From: Laetmonice hystrix
Lineage: Eukaryota
Assembly (NCBI GenBank): GCA_965235115.1
Contig: OZ249436.1
Coordinates: 26,972,001 to 27,036,000 of the forward strand
Direction of reading: 5' to 3'
DNA length: 64,000 bases
In this document: positions 23,545-38,568 of the stretch, piece by piece
How the letters are laid out: each line of letters opens with the position of its first letter
How positions within the stretch are numbered: the first letter of the stretch is position 1
Translations under genes and position numbers: made by a program
The notes under the pieces: generated by a model
Told to the model about the DNA's origin: nothing
Databases searched by the model: none
The model's input: only the letters and a program-made list of their open reading frames with translations

Positions 23545-26500
23545 TTTCCCAACCCCTATAATATGGCTAACTGGCCGTGTGACGTTAACCCTAACCACTC
23601 AGCCAACACCTTCCCCCCTCTTTCCAATCCCAATGATATGGTTGACTGGCCCTCAGATGTTACCCCTAACCACTCAGCCAACACCCTTCATGTTCCCAAT
23701 CCCCATGATATGGCTGACTGGCCCTCACTCATTACCCCGAACCACTCAGCCAACACCCTCCCTCTACCCAATCCCCATGATATGGCTGACTGGCCCTTAG
23801 ACATTACCCCGAACCACTCAACCAACACCCTCCCTCTTCCCAATCCCCATGATATGGCTGACTGGCCCTCAGACATTACCCCGAACCACTCAGCCAACAC
23901 CCTCCCTCGTCCCAATCCCCATGATATGGCTGACTGGCCCTCAGACATTACCCCGCACCACCCAGCCAACACCCTCCCTCTTTCCAATCCCCAGGATATG
24001 GCTGACTGACCCTCAGACATTACCCCGAACCACTCAGCCAACACCCTCCCCCTTCCCAATCCCCATGATATGGCTGACTGGCCCTTAGACATTATCCCAA
24101 AGCACCCAGCCAACACCATCCCCCTTCCCAATCCCCATGATATGGCTGACTGGTCCTCAGACATTACCCCGAACCACAGAGCCAACACCCTCCCTCGACC
24201 TAATCCCCATGATATGGCTGACTGGCCCTCAGACATTACCCCGAACCACTCACAGCCAACACCCTCCCTCTTCCCAATCCCCATGACATGGCTGACTGGC
24301 CCTCAGACATTACCCCGAACCACTCACCCAACACCCTCCCTCTTCCCAATCCCCATGATATGGCTGACTCGCCCTTAGACATTACCCCGAACCACTCAGC
24401 CAACACCTTCATCCCTTCACAGTCTCCATGATATGGCCGACTGGCCCTTAGACATTACCCCGAACCACTCAGCCAACACCCTCCCTCTTGCCAATCCCCA
24501 TGATATGGCTGACTGGCCCTTAGACATTACCCCGAACCACTCAGCCAACACCCTCCCACTTCCCAATCCCCATGATATGGCTGACTGGCCCTTAGACATT
24601 ACCCCGAAACACTCAGCCAACACCTTCATCCCTTCACAATCTCCATGATATGGCCGACTGGCCCTTAGACATTACCCCGAACCACTCAGCCAACACCCTC
24701 CCTCTTGCCAATCCCCATGATATGGCTGACCGGCCCTTAGACATTACCCCGAACCACTCAGCCAACACCCTCCCTCTTGCCAATCCCCATGATATGGCTG
24801 ACTGGCCCTTAGACATTACCCCGAACCACTCAGCCAACACCTTCCCTCTTCCCAATCCCCATGATATGGCTGACTGGCCCTCAGACATTACCCCGAACCA
24901 CTCAGCCAACAGCCTCCCCCTTCCCAATCCCCATGATATGGCTGACTGGCCCTTAGACATTACCCCGAACCACCCAGCCAACACCCTCCCTCTTCCCAAT
25001 CCCCATGATATGGCTGACTGGCCCTCAGACATTACCCCGAACCACTCAGCCAACACGCTCCTTCTTCCCAATGCCTATGATATGGCTGAATGTCCCTCAC
25101 ACATTACCCCGAACCACTCAGCCAACCCCCTCCCTCTTCCCAATCCCCACGATATGGCTGACTGGCCCTTAGACATTACCCGGACCACTCAGCCAACACC
25201 CTCCCTCTTGCCAATCCCCATGATATGGCTGACTGGCCCTTAGACATTACCCCGAACCACTCAGCCAACACCTTCCCCCCTTTTTCCAATCCCAATGATA
25301 TGGTTGACAGGCCCTGAGATGTTACCCCTAACCACTCAGCCAACATCCTCCCTCTTCCCAATCCCCATGATATGGCTGACTGGCCCTCAGACATTACCCC
25401 GAACCACTCAGCCAACACCCTCCCCTTCCCAATTCCATGATATGGCTGAATGGCCCTTAGACATTATCCCAAACCACCCAGCCAACACCCTCCCTCTTCC
25501 CAATCCCCATGATATGGCTGACTGGCCCTCACTCATTACCCCGAACCACTCAGCCAACACTCTCCCCCTTCCCAATCCCATGATATGGCTGACTGGCCCT
25601 CAGACATTACCCCGAACGACTGAGCCAACACGCTCCCTCTTCCCAATCCCCATGATATGGCTGAATGTCCCTCACACATTACCCCGAACCACTCAGCCAA
25701 CCCCCTCCCTCTTCCAAATCCCCACGATATGGCTGACTGGCCCTTAGACATTACCCGGACCACTCAGCCAACACCCTCCCTCTTGCCAATCCCCATGATA
25801 TGGTTGACTGGCCCTCAGATGTTACCCCTAACCACTCAGCCAACACCCTTCATGTTCCCAATCCCCATGATATGGCTGACTGACCCTCACTCATTACCCC
25901 GAACCACTCAGCCAACCCCCTCCCTCTTCCCAATCCCCACGATATGGCTGAGTGGCCCTTAGCCATTACCCCGAACCACTCAGCCAACACCTTCCCTCTT
26001 CCCAATCCCCATGATATGGCTGACTGGCCCTCAGACATTACCCCGAACCACTCAGCCAACAGCCTCCCCCTTCCCAATCCCCATGATATGGCTGACTGGC
26101 CCTTAGACATTACCCCGAACCACCCAGCCAACACCCTCCCTCTTCCCAATCCCCATGATATGGCTGACTGGCCCTCAGACATTACCCCGAACCACTCAGC
26201 CAACACGCTCCTTCTTCCCAATGCCTATGATATGGCTGAATGTCCCTCACACATTACCCCGAACCACTCAGCCAACCCCCTCCCTCTTCCCAATCCCCAC
26301 GATATGGCTGACTGGCCCTTAGACATTACCCGGACCACTCAGCCAACACCCTCCCTCTTGCCAATCCCCATGATATGGCTGACTGGCCCTTAGACATTAC
26401 CCCGAACCACTCAGCCAACACCTTCCCCCCTTTTTCCAATCCCAATGATATGGTTGACAGGCCCTGAGATGTTACCCCTAACCACTCAGCCAACATCCTC

Positions 26501-28509
26501 CCTCTTCCCAATCCCCATGATATGGCTGACTGGCCCTCAGACATTACCCCGAACCACTCAGCCAACACCCTCCCCTTCCCAATTCCATGATATGGCTGAA
26601 TGGCCCTTAGACATTATCCCAAACCACCCAGCCAACACCCTCCCTCTTCCCAATCCCCATGATATGGCTGACTGGCCCTCACTCATTACCCCGAACCACT
26701 CAGCCAACACTCTCCCCCTTCCCAATCCCATGATATGGCTGACTGGCCCTCAGACATTACCCCGAACGACTGAGCCAACACGCTCCCTCTTCCCAATCCC
26801 CATGATATGGCTGAATGTCCCTCACACATTACCCCGAACCACTCAGCCAACCCCCTCCCTCTTCCAAATCCCCACGATATGGCTGACTGGCCCTTAGACA
26901 TTACCCGGACCACTCAGCCAACACCCTCCCTCTTGCCAATCCCCATGATATGGTTGACTGGCCCTCAGATGTTACCCCTAACCACTCAGCCAACACCCTT
27001 CATGTTCCCAATCCCCATGATATGGCTGACTGACCCTCACTCATTACCCCGAACCACTCAGCCAACCCCCTCCCTCTTCCCAATCCCCACGATATGGCTG
27101 AGTGGCCCTTAGGCATTACCCGGACCACTCAGCCAACACCCTCCCTCTTGCCAATCCCCATGATATGGCTGACTGGCCCTCAGACATTACCCCGAACGAC
27201 TGAGCCAACACGCTCCCTCTTCCCAATCCCCATGATACGGCTGAATGTCCCTCACACATTACCCCGAACCACTCAGCCAACCCCCTCCCTCTTCCCAATC
27301 CCCACGATATGGCTGACTGGCCCTTAGGCATTACCCCGAACCACTCAGCCAACACCCTCCCTCTTCCCAATCCCCATGATATGGCTGACTGGCCCTTGGA
27401 CATTACCCCGAACCACTCAGCCAACACCTTCCCCCCTCTTTCCAATCCCAATGATATGGTTGACTGGCCCTCAGATGTTACCCCTAACCACTCAGCCAAC
27501 ACCCTTCATGTTCCCAATCCCCATGATATGGCTGACTGGCCCTCACTCATTACCCCGAACCACTCAGCCAACACCCTCCCTCTACCCAATCCCCATGATA
27601 TGGCTGACTGGCCCTTAGCCATTACCCCGAACCACTCAGCCAACACCCTCCCTCTTCCCTATCCCCATGATATGGCTGACTGACCCTCAGACATTACCCC
27701 GAACCACTCAGCCAACACCCTCCCCTTCCCAATCCCATGATATGGCTGACTGGCCCTTAGACATTATCCCAAACCACCCAGCCAACACCCTCCCTCTTCC
27801 CAATCCCCATGATATGGCTGACTGTCCCTCAGACATTACCCCGAACCACTCAGCCAACACCCTCCCACTTCCCAATCCCCATGATATGGCTGACTGGCCC
27901 TTAGACATTACCCGGACCACTCAGCCAACACCCTCCCTCTTGCCAATCCCCATGATATGGCTGACTGGCCCTTAGACATTATCCCAAAGCACCCAGCCAA
28001 CACCCTCCCCCTTCCCAATCCCCATGATATGGCTGACTGGTCCTTAGACATTACCCCGAACCACAGAGCCAACACCCTCCCTCGACCCAATCCCCATGAT
28101 ATGGCTGACTGGCCCTCAGACATTACCCCGAACCACTCACAGCCAACACCCTCCCTCTTCCCAATCCCCATGACATGGCTGACTGGCCCTCAGACATTAC
28201 CCCGAACCACTCAGCCAACACCCTCCCTCTTCCCAATCCCCATGATATGGCTGACTGGCCCTTAGACATTACCCCGAACCACTCAGCCAACACCCTCCCA
28301 CTTCCCAATCCCCATGATATGGCTGACTGGCCCTCAGACATTACCCCGAACCACTCACAGCCAACACCCTCCCTCTTCCCAATCCCCATGATATGGCTGA
28401 CTGGCCCTTAGACATTACCCCGAACCACTCAGCCAACACCTTCCCCTCTTCCTAATCCCCATGATACGGCTGTCTGGCCCTAAGACATTCCCTCAAACCA
28501 CTCAACCAA

Positions 28510-29129
28510 ATTCATCATTGTTGATTTTTACTATAGTCATTCAGTTACAACAAGACAAGAATTATATGTGTGCAGGGGTGGCGTCGTGACACAGTGCAGA
28601 TATTTCATCTGAAGGGTCAACTCCCACAAACTTTTTTTCATTGTTTTCTTTTGTGATTTTTTGGGTATTTTTCCCCTTTTCTTCTATACTACCACCTCCA
28701 ACCACCCAGAGTGACGCTCCAGTACAGCGAAATCAAATTAACCTTGATATAAACACCCAGCAGACATATCTCAGTACTGCGACATCCATTACGCACAAAC
28801 TTTTGTTTCATTTTTTTCTCTTTTGATTTTTTGGGGCTATTTTTCGTTTTTCTTCTATACTACCACCTCCAACCAATCCTATATCCCCCTTCCAAATCCC
28901 TGACATGACTGATTGGTCTTCAGACATTCCCTCCAAACACTTAGCCGACATCTCATCCCCTTCCCAATCCACATGCTGTGGCTGTCTGGCCCTCAGACAT
29001 TACCTCTAACCACACAACCAACACCTTCCCCACACTCACTACCACAGGGTGATGAAACGAATGGGGCCTATTGTGACCCGGGCCCCAAGGGGAATGACAA
29101 TGATCATAAATGATGATCAGATGACTCGA
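28510..29129. repeat. B+C cassette, haplotype 2
   Basis: Type-2 markers plus the ATTACGCACAAA variant. Confidence 0.92.
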
Positions 29130-30836
29130 TTTCCCAACCCCTATAATATGGCTAACTGGCCGTGTGACGTTAACCCTAACCACTCAGCCAACACCTTCCC
29201 CCCTCTTTCCAATCCCAATGATATGGTTGACTGGCCCTCAGATGTTACCCCTAACCACTCAGCCAACACCCTTCATGTTCCCAATCCCCATGATATGGCT
29301 GACTGGCCCTCACTCATTACCCCGAACCACTCAGCCAACACCCTCCCTCTACCCAATCCCCATGATATGGCTGACTGGCCCTTAGACATTACCCCGAACC
29401 ACTCAACCAACACCCTCCCTCTTCCCAATCCCCATGATATGGCTGACTGGCCCTCAGACATTACCCCGAACCACTCAGCCAACAGCCTCCCCCTTCCCAA
29501 TCCCCATGATATGGCTGACTGGCCCTTAAGACATTACCCCGAACCACCCAGCCAACACCCTCCCTCTTCCCAATCCCCATGATATGGCTGACTGGCCCTC
29601 AGACATTACCCCGAACCACTCAGCCAACACGCTCCTTCTTCCCAATCCCCATGATATGGCTGAATGTCCCTCACACATTACCCCGAACCACTCAGCCAAC
29701 CCCCTCCCTCTTCCCAATCCCCACGATATGGCTGACTGGCCCTTAGACATTACCCGGACCACTCAGCCAACACCCTCCCTCTTGCCAATCCCCATGATAT
29801 GGCTGACTGGCCCTTAACATTACCCCGAACCACTCAGCCAACACCTTCCCCCCTTTTTCCAATCCCAATGATATGGTTGACAGGCCCTGAGATGTTACCC
29901 CTAACCACTCAGCCAACATCCTCCCTCTTCCCAATCCCCATGATATGGCTGACTGGCCCTCAGACATTACCCCGAACCACTCAGCCAACACCCTCCCCTT
30001 CCCAATCCCATGATATGGCTGACTGGCCCTTAGACATTATCCCAAACCACCCAGCCAACACCCTCCCTCTTCCCAATCCCCATGATATGGCTGACTGGCC
30101 CTCACTCATTACCCCGAACCACTCAGCCAACACTCTCCCCCTTCCCAATCCCATGATATGGCTGACTGGCCCTCAGACATTACCCCGAACGACTGAGCCA
30201 ACACGCTCCCTCTTCCCAATCCCCATGATATGGCTGAATGTCCCTCACACATTACCCCGAACCACTCAGCCAACCCCCTCCCTCTTCCCAATCCCCACGA
30301 TATGGCTGACTGGCCCTTAGACATTACCCGGACCACTCAGCCAACACCCTCCCTCTTGCCAATCCCCATGATATGGCTGACTGGCCCTTAGACATTACCC
30401 CGAACCACTCAGCCAACACCCTCCCTCTTCCCAATCCCCATGATATGGCTGACTGGCCCTTAGACATTACCCCGAACCACTCAGCCAACACCCTCCCTCT
30501 TCCCAATCCCCAAGATATGGCTGACTGGCCCTCAGACATTACTCCGAACCACCCACCCAACACCCTCCCTCTTTCCAATCCCCATGATATGGCTGACTGA
30601 CCCCCAGACATTACCCCGAACCACTCAGCCAACACCCTCCCCCTTCCCAATCCCCATGATATGGCTGACTGGCCCTTAGACATTATCCCAAACCACCCAG
30701 CCAACACCCTCCCTCTTCCCAATCCCCATGATATGGCTGACTGTCCCTCAGACATTACCCCGAACCACTCAGCCAACACCCTCCCTCTTCCCAATCCCCA
30801 TGATATGGCTGACTGGACCACAGACATTACCCCGAA

Positions 30837-31298
30837 TAGCCGGGTCCCCAGCTCTATATTAACTTCGTATATAGAGCCTGGCGTAGGCCAATCGAAGCGA
30901 GCATTGTGATTGGCCCATCGAAAACATGGACGCAAACGAGGTATAGTTCCGTACCCTCCGTATTTCTCCAACAAGACACAAATATTTTCATCAATCCCTT
31001 TAAAATACAAGTGTTAAATGTCCTCGCTTTTCTGGATGTAAACATAGCGTCAGCAGTCCCACCACCTGCTACGGTCTGCATACGCAGGGGCATGTTGCTA
31101 TTGTTGGCCACTCCCGGCCACGCTCCAAGCAGAAGTCAATCACTCTGTTAACGCTGACCAACGGACCGGAGGCGGAAGTGATTAGCTCCGAGGCGGAAGT
31201 GCTTGGAGATCACCACTTCCGTTTTACAGCTTTCTGTTAGCCATCACCGGGCCTAACATCAAGCGGATGCGTATGGTAAGGCGGCGGGGACCAGGCTA
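30837..31298. mobile_element. Module A MITE-like element, copy 3
   Basis: Same TIRs, TSD, flanks and internal sequence as copy 1. Confidence 0.92.
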
Positions 31299-31464
31299 TA
31301 CCCCGAACAACTCAACCAACACCCTCCCTCTTCCCAATCCCCATGATATGGCTGACTGGCCCTTAGACATTACCCCGAACCACTCAGCCAACACCTTCCC
31401 CTCTTCCTAATCCCCATGATACGGCTGTCTGGCCCTAAGACATTCCCTCAAACCACTCAACCAA

Positions 31465-32084
31465 ATTCATCATTGTTGATTTTTACTATAGTCATTCAGT
31501 TACAACAAGACAAGAATTATATGTGTGCAGGGGTGGCGTCGTGACACAGTGCAGATATTTCATCTGAAGGGTCAACTCCCACAAACTTTTTTTCACTGTT
31601 TTCTTTTGTGATTTTTTGGGTATTTTTCCCCTTTTCTTCTATACTACCACCTCCAACCACCCAGAGTGACGCTCCAGTACAGCGAAATCAAATTAACCTT
31701 GATATAAACACCCAGCAGACATATCTCAGTACTGCGACATCCATTACCCACAAACTTTTGTTTCATTTTTTTCTCTTTTGATTTTTTGGGGCTATTTTTC
31801 GTTTTTCTTCTATACTACCACCTCCAACCAATCCTATATCCCCCTTCCCAATCCCTGACATGACTGATTGGTCTTCAGACATTCCCTCCAAACACTTAGC
31901 CGACATCTCATCCCCTTCCCAATCCACATGCTGTGGCTGTCTGGCCCTCAGACATTACCTCTAACCACACAACCAACACCTTCCCCACACTCACTCCCAC
32001 AGGGTGATGAAACGAATGGGGCCTATTGTGACCCGGGCCCCAAGGGGAATGACAATGATCATAAATGATGATAAGATGACTCGA
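31465..32084. repeat. B+C cassette, haplotype 1
   Basis: Follows MITE copy 3. Type-1 markers. Confidence 0.92.
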
Positions 32085-34178
32085 TTTCCCAACCCCTATA
32101 ATATGGCTAACTGGCCGTGTGACGTTAACCCTAACCACTCAGCCAACACCTTCCCCCCTCTTTCCAATCCCAATGATATGGTTGACTGGCCCTCAGATGT
32201 TACCCCTAACCACTCAGCCAACACCCTTCATGTTCCCAATCCCCATGATATGGCTGACTGGCCCTCACTCATTACCCCGAACCACTCAGCCAACACCCTC
32301 CCTCTACCCAATCCCCATGATATGGCTGACTGGCCCTTAGACATTACCCCGAACCACTCAACCAACACCCTCCCTCTTCCCAATCCCCATGATATGGCTG
32401 ACTGGCCCTCAGACATTACCCCGAACCACTCAGCCAACACCCTCCCTCTTCCCAATCCCCATGATATGGCTGACTGGCCCTCAGACATTACCCCGCACCA
32501 CCCAGCCAACACCCTCCCTCTTTCCAATCCCCAGGATATGGCTGACTGACCCTCAGACATTACCCCGAACCACTCAGCCAACACCCTCCCCCTTCCCAAT
32601 CCCCATGATATGGCTGACTGGCCCTTAGACATTATCCCAAAGCACCCAGCCAACACCATCCCCCTTCCCAATCCCCATGATATGGCTGACTGGTCCTCAG
32701 ACATTACCCCGAACCACAGAGCCAACACCCTCCCTCGACCTAATCCCCATGATATGGCTGACTGGCCCTCAGACATTACCCCGAACCACTCACAGCCAAC
32801 ACCCTCCCTCTTCCCAATCCCCATGACATGGCTGACTGGCCCTCAGACATTACCCCGAACCACTCACCCAACACCCTCCCTCTTCCCAATCCCCATGATA
32901 TGGCTGACTCGCCCTTAGACATTACCCCGAACCACTCAGCCAACACCTTCATCCCTTCACAGTCTCCATGATATGGCCGACTGGCCCTTAGACATTACCC
33001 CGAACCACTCAGCCAACACCCTCCCTCTTGCCAATCCCCATGATATGGCTGACTGGCCCTTAGACATTACCCCGAACCACTCAGCCAACACCCTCCCACT
33101 TCCCAATCCCCATGATATGGCTGACTGGCCCTTAGACATTACCCCGAAACACTCAGCCAACACCTTCATCCCTTCACAATCTCCATGATATGGCCGACTG
33201 GCCCTTAGACATTACCCCGAACCACTCAGCCAACACCCTCCCTCTTGCCAATCCCCATGATATGGCTGACCGGCCCTTAGACATTACCCCGAACCACTCA
33301 GCCAACACCCTCCCTCTTGCCAATCCCCATGATATGGCTGACTGGCCCTTAGACATTACCCCGAACCACTCAGCCAACACCTTCCCTCTTCCCAATCCCC
33401 ATGATATGGCTGACTGGCCCTCAGACATTACCCCGAACCACTCAGCCAACAGCCTCCCCCTTCCCAATCCCCATGATATGGCTGACTGGCCCTTAGACAT
33501 TACCCCGAACCACCCAGCCAACACCCTCCCTCTTCCCAATCCCCATGATATGGCTGACTGGCCCTCAGACATTACCCCGAACCACTCAGCCAACACGCTC
33601 CTTCTTCCCAATCCCCATGATATGGCTGAATGTCCCTCACACATTACCCCGAACCACTCAGCCAACCCCCTCCCTCTTCCCAATCCCCACGATATGGTTG
33701 ACTGGCCCTTAGACATTACCCGGACCACTCAGCCAACACCCTCCCTCTTGCCAATCCCCATGATATGGCTGACTGGCCCTTAGACATTACCCCGAACCAC
33801 TCAGCCAACACCTTCCCCCCTTTTTCCAATCCCAATGATATGGTTGACAGGCCCTGAGATGTTACCCCTAACCACTCAGCCAACATCCTCCCTCTTCCCA
33901 ATCCCCATGATATGGCTGACTGGCCCTCAGACATTACCCCGAACCACTCAGCCAACACCCTCCCCTTCCCAATTCCATGATATGGCTGACTGGCCCTTAG
34001 ACATTATCCCAAACCACCCAGCCAACACCCTCCCTCTTCCCAATCCCCATGATATGGCTGACTGGCCCTCACTCATTACCCCGAACCACTCAGCCAACAC
34101 TCTCCCCCTTCCCAATCCCATGATATGGCTGACTGGCCCTCAGACATTACCTCTAACCACACAACCAACACCTTCCCC

Positions 34179-34276
34179 ACACTCACTCCCACAGGGTGAT
34201 GAAACGAATGGGGCCTATTGTGACCCGGGCCCCAAGGGGAATGACAATGATCATAAATGATGATAAGATGACTCGA
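34179..34276 (+). repeat. Orphan module C without module B
   Basis: An ordinary monomer switches into the degenerate CTCTAACCACACAACC monomer at ~34150 and then into C. Offset +2192 from the previous C copy. Confidence 0.9.
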
Positions 34277-37200
34277 TTTCCCAACCCCTATAATATGGCT
34301 AACTGGCCGTGTGACGTTAACCCTAACCACTCAGCCAACACCTTCCCCCCTCTTTCCAATCCCAATGATATGGTTGACTGGCCCTCAGATGTTACCCCTA
34401 ACCACTCAGCCAACACCCTTCATGTTCCCAATCCCCATGATATGGCTGACTGGCCCTCACTCATTACCCCGAACCACTCAGCCAACACCCTCCCTCTACC
34501 CAATCCCCATGATATGGCTGACTGGCCCTTAGACATTACCCCGAACCACTCAACCAACACCCTCCCTCTTCCCAATCCCCATGATATGGCTGACTGGCCC
34601 TCAGACATTACCCCGAACCACTCAGCCAACACCCTCCCTCTTCCCAATCCCCATGATATGGCTGACTGGCCCTCAGACATTACCCCGCACCACCCAGCCA
34701 ACACCCTCCCTCTTTCCAATCCCCAGGATATGGCTGACTGACCCTCAGACATTACCCCGAACCACTCAGCCAACACCCTCCCCCTTCCCAATCCCCATGA
34801 TATGGCTGACTGGCCCTTAGACATTATCCCAAAGCACCCAGCCAACACCATCCCCCTTCCCAATCCCCATGATATGGCTGACTGGTCCTCAGACATTACC
34901 CCGAACCACAGAGCCAACACCCTCCCTCGACCTAATCCCCATGATATGGCTGACTGGCCCTCAGACATTACCCCGAACCACTCACAGCCAACACCCTCCC
35001 TCTTCCCAATCCCCATGACATGGCTGACTGGCCCTCAGACATTACCCCGAACCACTCACCCAACACCCTCCCTCTTCCCAATCCCCATGATATGGCTGAC
35101 TCGCCCTTAGACATTACCCCGAACCACTCAGCCAACACCTTCATCCCTTCACAGTCTCCATGATATGGCCGACTGGCCCTTAGACATTACCCCGAACCAC
35201 TCAGCCAACACCCTCCCTCTTGCCAATCCCCATGATATGGCTGACTGGCCCTTAGACATTACCCCGAACCACTCAGCCAACACCCTCCCACTTCCCAATC
35301 CCCATGATATGGCTGACTGGCCCTTAGACATTACCCCGAAACACTCAGCCAACACCTTCATCCCTTCACAATCTCCATGATATGGCCGACTGGCCCTTAG
35401 ACATTACCCCGAACCACTCAGCCAACACCCTCCCTCTTGCCAATCCCCATGATATGGCTGACCGGCCCTTAGACATTACCCCGATCCACTCAGCCAACAC
35501 CCTCCCTCTTGCCAATCCCCATGATATGGCTGACGGGCCCTTAGACATTACCCCGAACCACTCAGCCAACACCTTCCCTCTTCCCAATCCCCATGATATG
35601 GCTGACTGGCCCTCAGACATTACCCCGAACCACTCAGCCAACAGCCTCCCCCTTCCCAATCCCCATGATATGGCTGACTGGCCCTTGGACATTACCCCGA
35701 ACCACCCAGCCAACACCCTCCCTCTTCCCAATCCCCATGATATGGCTGACTAGCCCTCAGACATTACCCCGAACCACTCAGCCAACACGCTCCTTCTTCC
35801 CAATCCCCATGATATGGCTGAATGTCCCTCACACATTACCCCGAACCACTCAGCCAACACCTTCCCCCCTTTTTCCAATCCCAATGATATGGTTGACAGG
35901 CCCTGAGATGTTACCCCTAACCACTCAGCCAACATCCTCCCTCTTCCCAATCCCCATGATATGGCTGACTGGCCCTCAGACATTACCCCGAACCACTCAG
36001 CCAACACCCTCCCCTTCCCAATTCCATGATATGGCTGACTGGCCCTTAGACATTATCCCAAACCACCCAGCCAACACCCTCCCTCTTCCCAATCCCCATG
36101 ATATGGCTGACTGGCCCTCACTCATTACCCCGAACCACTCAGCCAACACTCTCCCCCTTCCCAATCCCATGATATGGCTGACTGGCCCTCAGACATTACC
36201 CCGAACGACTGAGCCAACACGCTCCCTCTTCCCAATCCCCATGATATGGCTGAATGTCCCTCACACATTACCCCGAACCACTCAGCCAACCCCCTCCCTC
36301 TTCCAAATCCCCACGATATGGCTGACTGGCCCTTAGACATTACCCGGACCACTCAGCCAACACCCTCCCTCTTGCCAATCCCCATGATATGGTTGACTGG
36401 CCCTCAGATGTTACCCCTAACCACTCAGCCAACACCCTTCATGTTCCCAATCCCCATGATATGGCTGACTGACCCTCACTCATTACCCCGAACCACTCAG
36501 CCAACCCCCTCCCTCTTCCCAATCCCCACGATATGGCTGAGTGGCCCTTAGGCATTACCCGGACCACTCAGCCAACACCCTCCCTCTTGCCAATCCCCAT
36601 GATATGGCTGACTGGCCCTCAGACATTACCCCGAACGACTGAGCCAACACGCTCCCTCTTCCCAATCCCCATGATACGGCTGAATGTCCCTCACACATTA
36701 CCCCGAACCACTCAGCCAACCCCCTCCCTCTTCCCAATCCCCACGATATGGCTGACTGGCCCTTAGGCATTACCCCGAACCACTCAGCCAACACCCTCCC
36801 TCTTCCCAATCCCCATGATATGGCTGACTGGCCCTTGGACATTACCCCGAACCACTCAGCCAACACCTTCCCCCCTCTTTCCAATCCCAATGATATGGTT
36901 GACTGGCCCTCAGATGTTACCCCTAACCACTCAGCCAACACCCTTCATGTTCCCAATCCCCATGATATGGCTGACTGGCCCTCACTCATTACCCCGAACC
37001 ACTCAGCCAACACCCTCCCTCTACCCAATCCCCATGATATGGCTGACTGGCCCTTAGCCATTACCCCGAACCACTCAGCCAACACCCTCCCTCTTCCCTA
37101 TCCCCATGATATGGCTGACTGACCCTCAGACATTACCCCGAACCACTCAGCCAACACCCTCCCCTTCCCAATCCCATGATATGGCTGACTGGCCCTTAGA

Positions 37201-37948
37201 CATTATCCCAAACCACCCAGCCAACACCCTCCCTCTTCCCAATCCCCATGATATGGCTGACTGTCCCTCAGACATTACCCCGAACCACTCAGCCAACACC
37301 CTCCCACTTCCCAATCCCCATGATATGGCTGACTGGCCCTTAGACATTACCCGGACCACTCAGCCAACACCCTCCCTCTTGCCAATCCCCATGATATGGC
37401 TGACTGGCCCTTAGACATTATCCCAAAGCACCCAGCCAACACCCTCCCCCTTCCCAATCCCCATGATATGGCTGACTGGTCCTTAGACATTACCCCGAAC
37501 CACAGAGCCAACACCCTCCCTCGACCCAATCCCCATGATATGGCTGACTGGCCCTCAGACATTACCCCGAACCACTCACAGCCAACACCCTCCCTCTTCC
37601 CAATCCCCATGACATGGCTGACTGGCCCTCAGACATTACCCCGAACCACTCAGCCAACACCCTCCCTCTTCCCAAACCCCATGATATGGCTGACTGGCCC
37701 TTAGACATTACCCCGAACCACTCAGCCAACACCCTCCCACTTCCCAATCCCCATGATATGGCTGACTGGCCCTCAGACATTACCCCGAACCACTCACAGC
37801 CAACACCCTCCCTCTTCCCAATCCCCATGATATGGCTGACTGGCCCTTAGACATTACCCCGAACCACTCAGCCAACACCTTCCCCTCTTCCTAATCCCCA
37901 TGATACGGCTGTCTGGCCCTAAGACATTCCCTCAAACCACTCAACCAA

Positions 37949-38568
37949 ATTCATCATTGTTGATTTTTACTATAGTCATTCAGTTACAACAAGACAAGAA
38001 TTATATGTGTGCAGGGGTGGCGTCGTGACACAGTGCAGATATTTCATCTGAAGGGTCAACTCCCACAAACTTTTTTTCATTGTTTTCTTTTGTGATTTTT
38101 TGGGTATTTTTCCCCTTTTCTTCTATACTACCACCTCCAACCACCCAGAGTGACGCTCCAGTACAGCGAAATCAAATTAACCTTGATATAAACACCCAGC
38201 AGACATATCTCAGTACTGCGACATCCATTACGCACAAACTTTTGTTTCATTTTTTTCTCTTTTGATTTTTTGGGGCTATTTTTCGTTTTTCTTCTATACT
38301 ACCACCTCCAACCAATCCTATATCCCCCTTCCAAATCCCTGACATGACTGATTGGTCTTCAGACATTCCCTCCAAACACTTAGCCGACATCTCATCCCCT
38401 TCCCAATCCACATGCTGTGGCTGTCTGGCCCTCAGACATTACCTCTAACCACACAACCAACACCTTCCCCACACTCACTACCACAGGGTGATGAAACGAA
38501 TGGGGCCTATTGTGACCCGGGCCCCAAGGGGAATGACAATGATCATAAATGATGATCAGATGACTCGA
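37949..38568. repeat. B+C cassette, haplotype 2
   Basis: Type-2 markers plus the ATTACGCACAAA variant. Confidence 0.92.
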
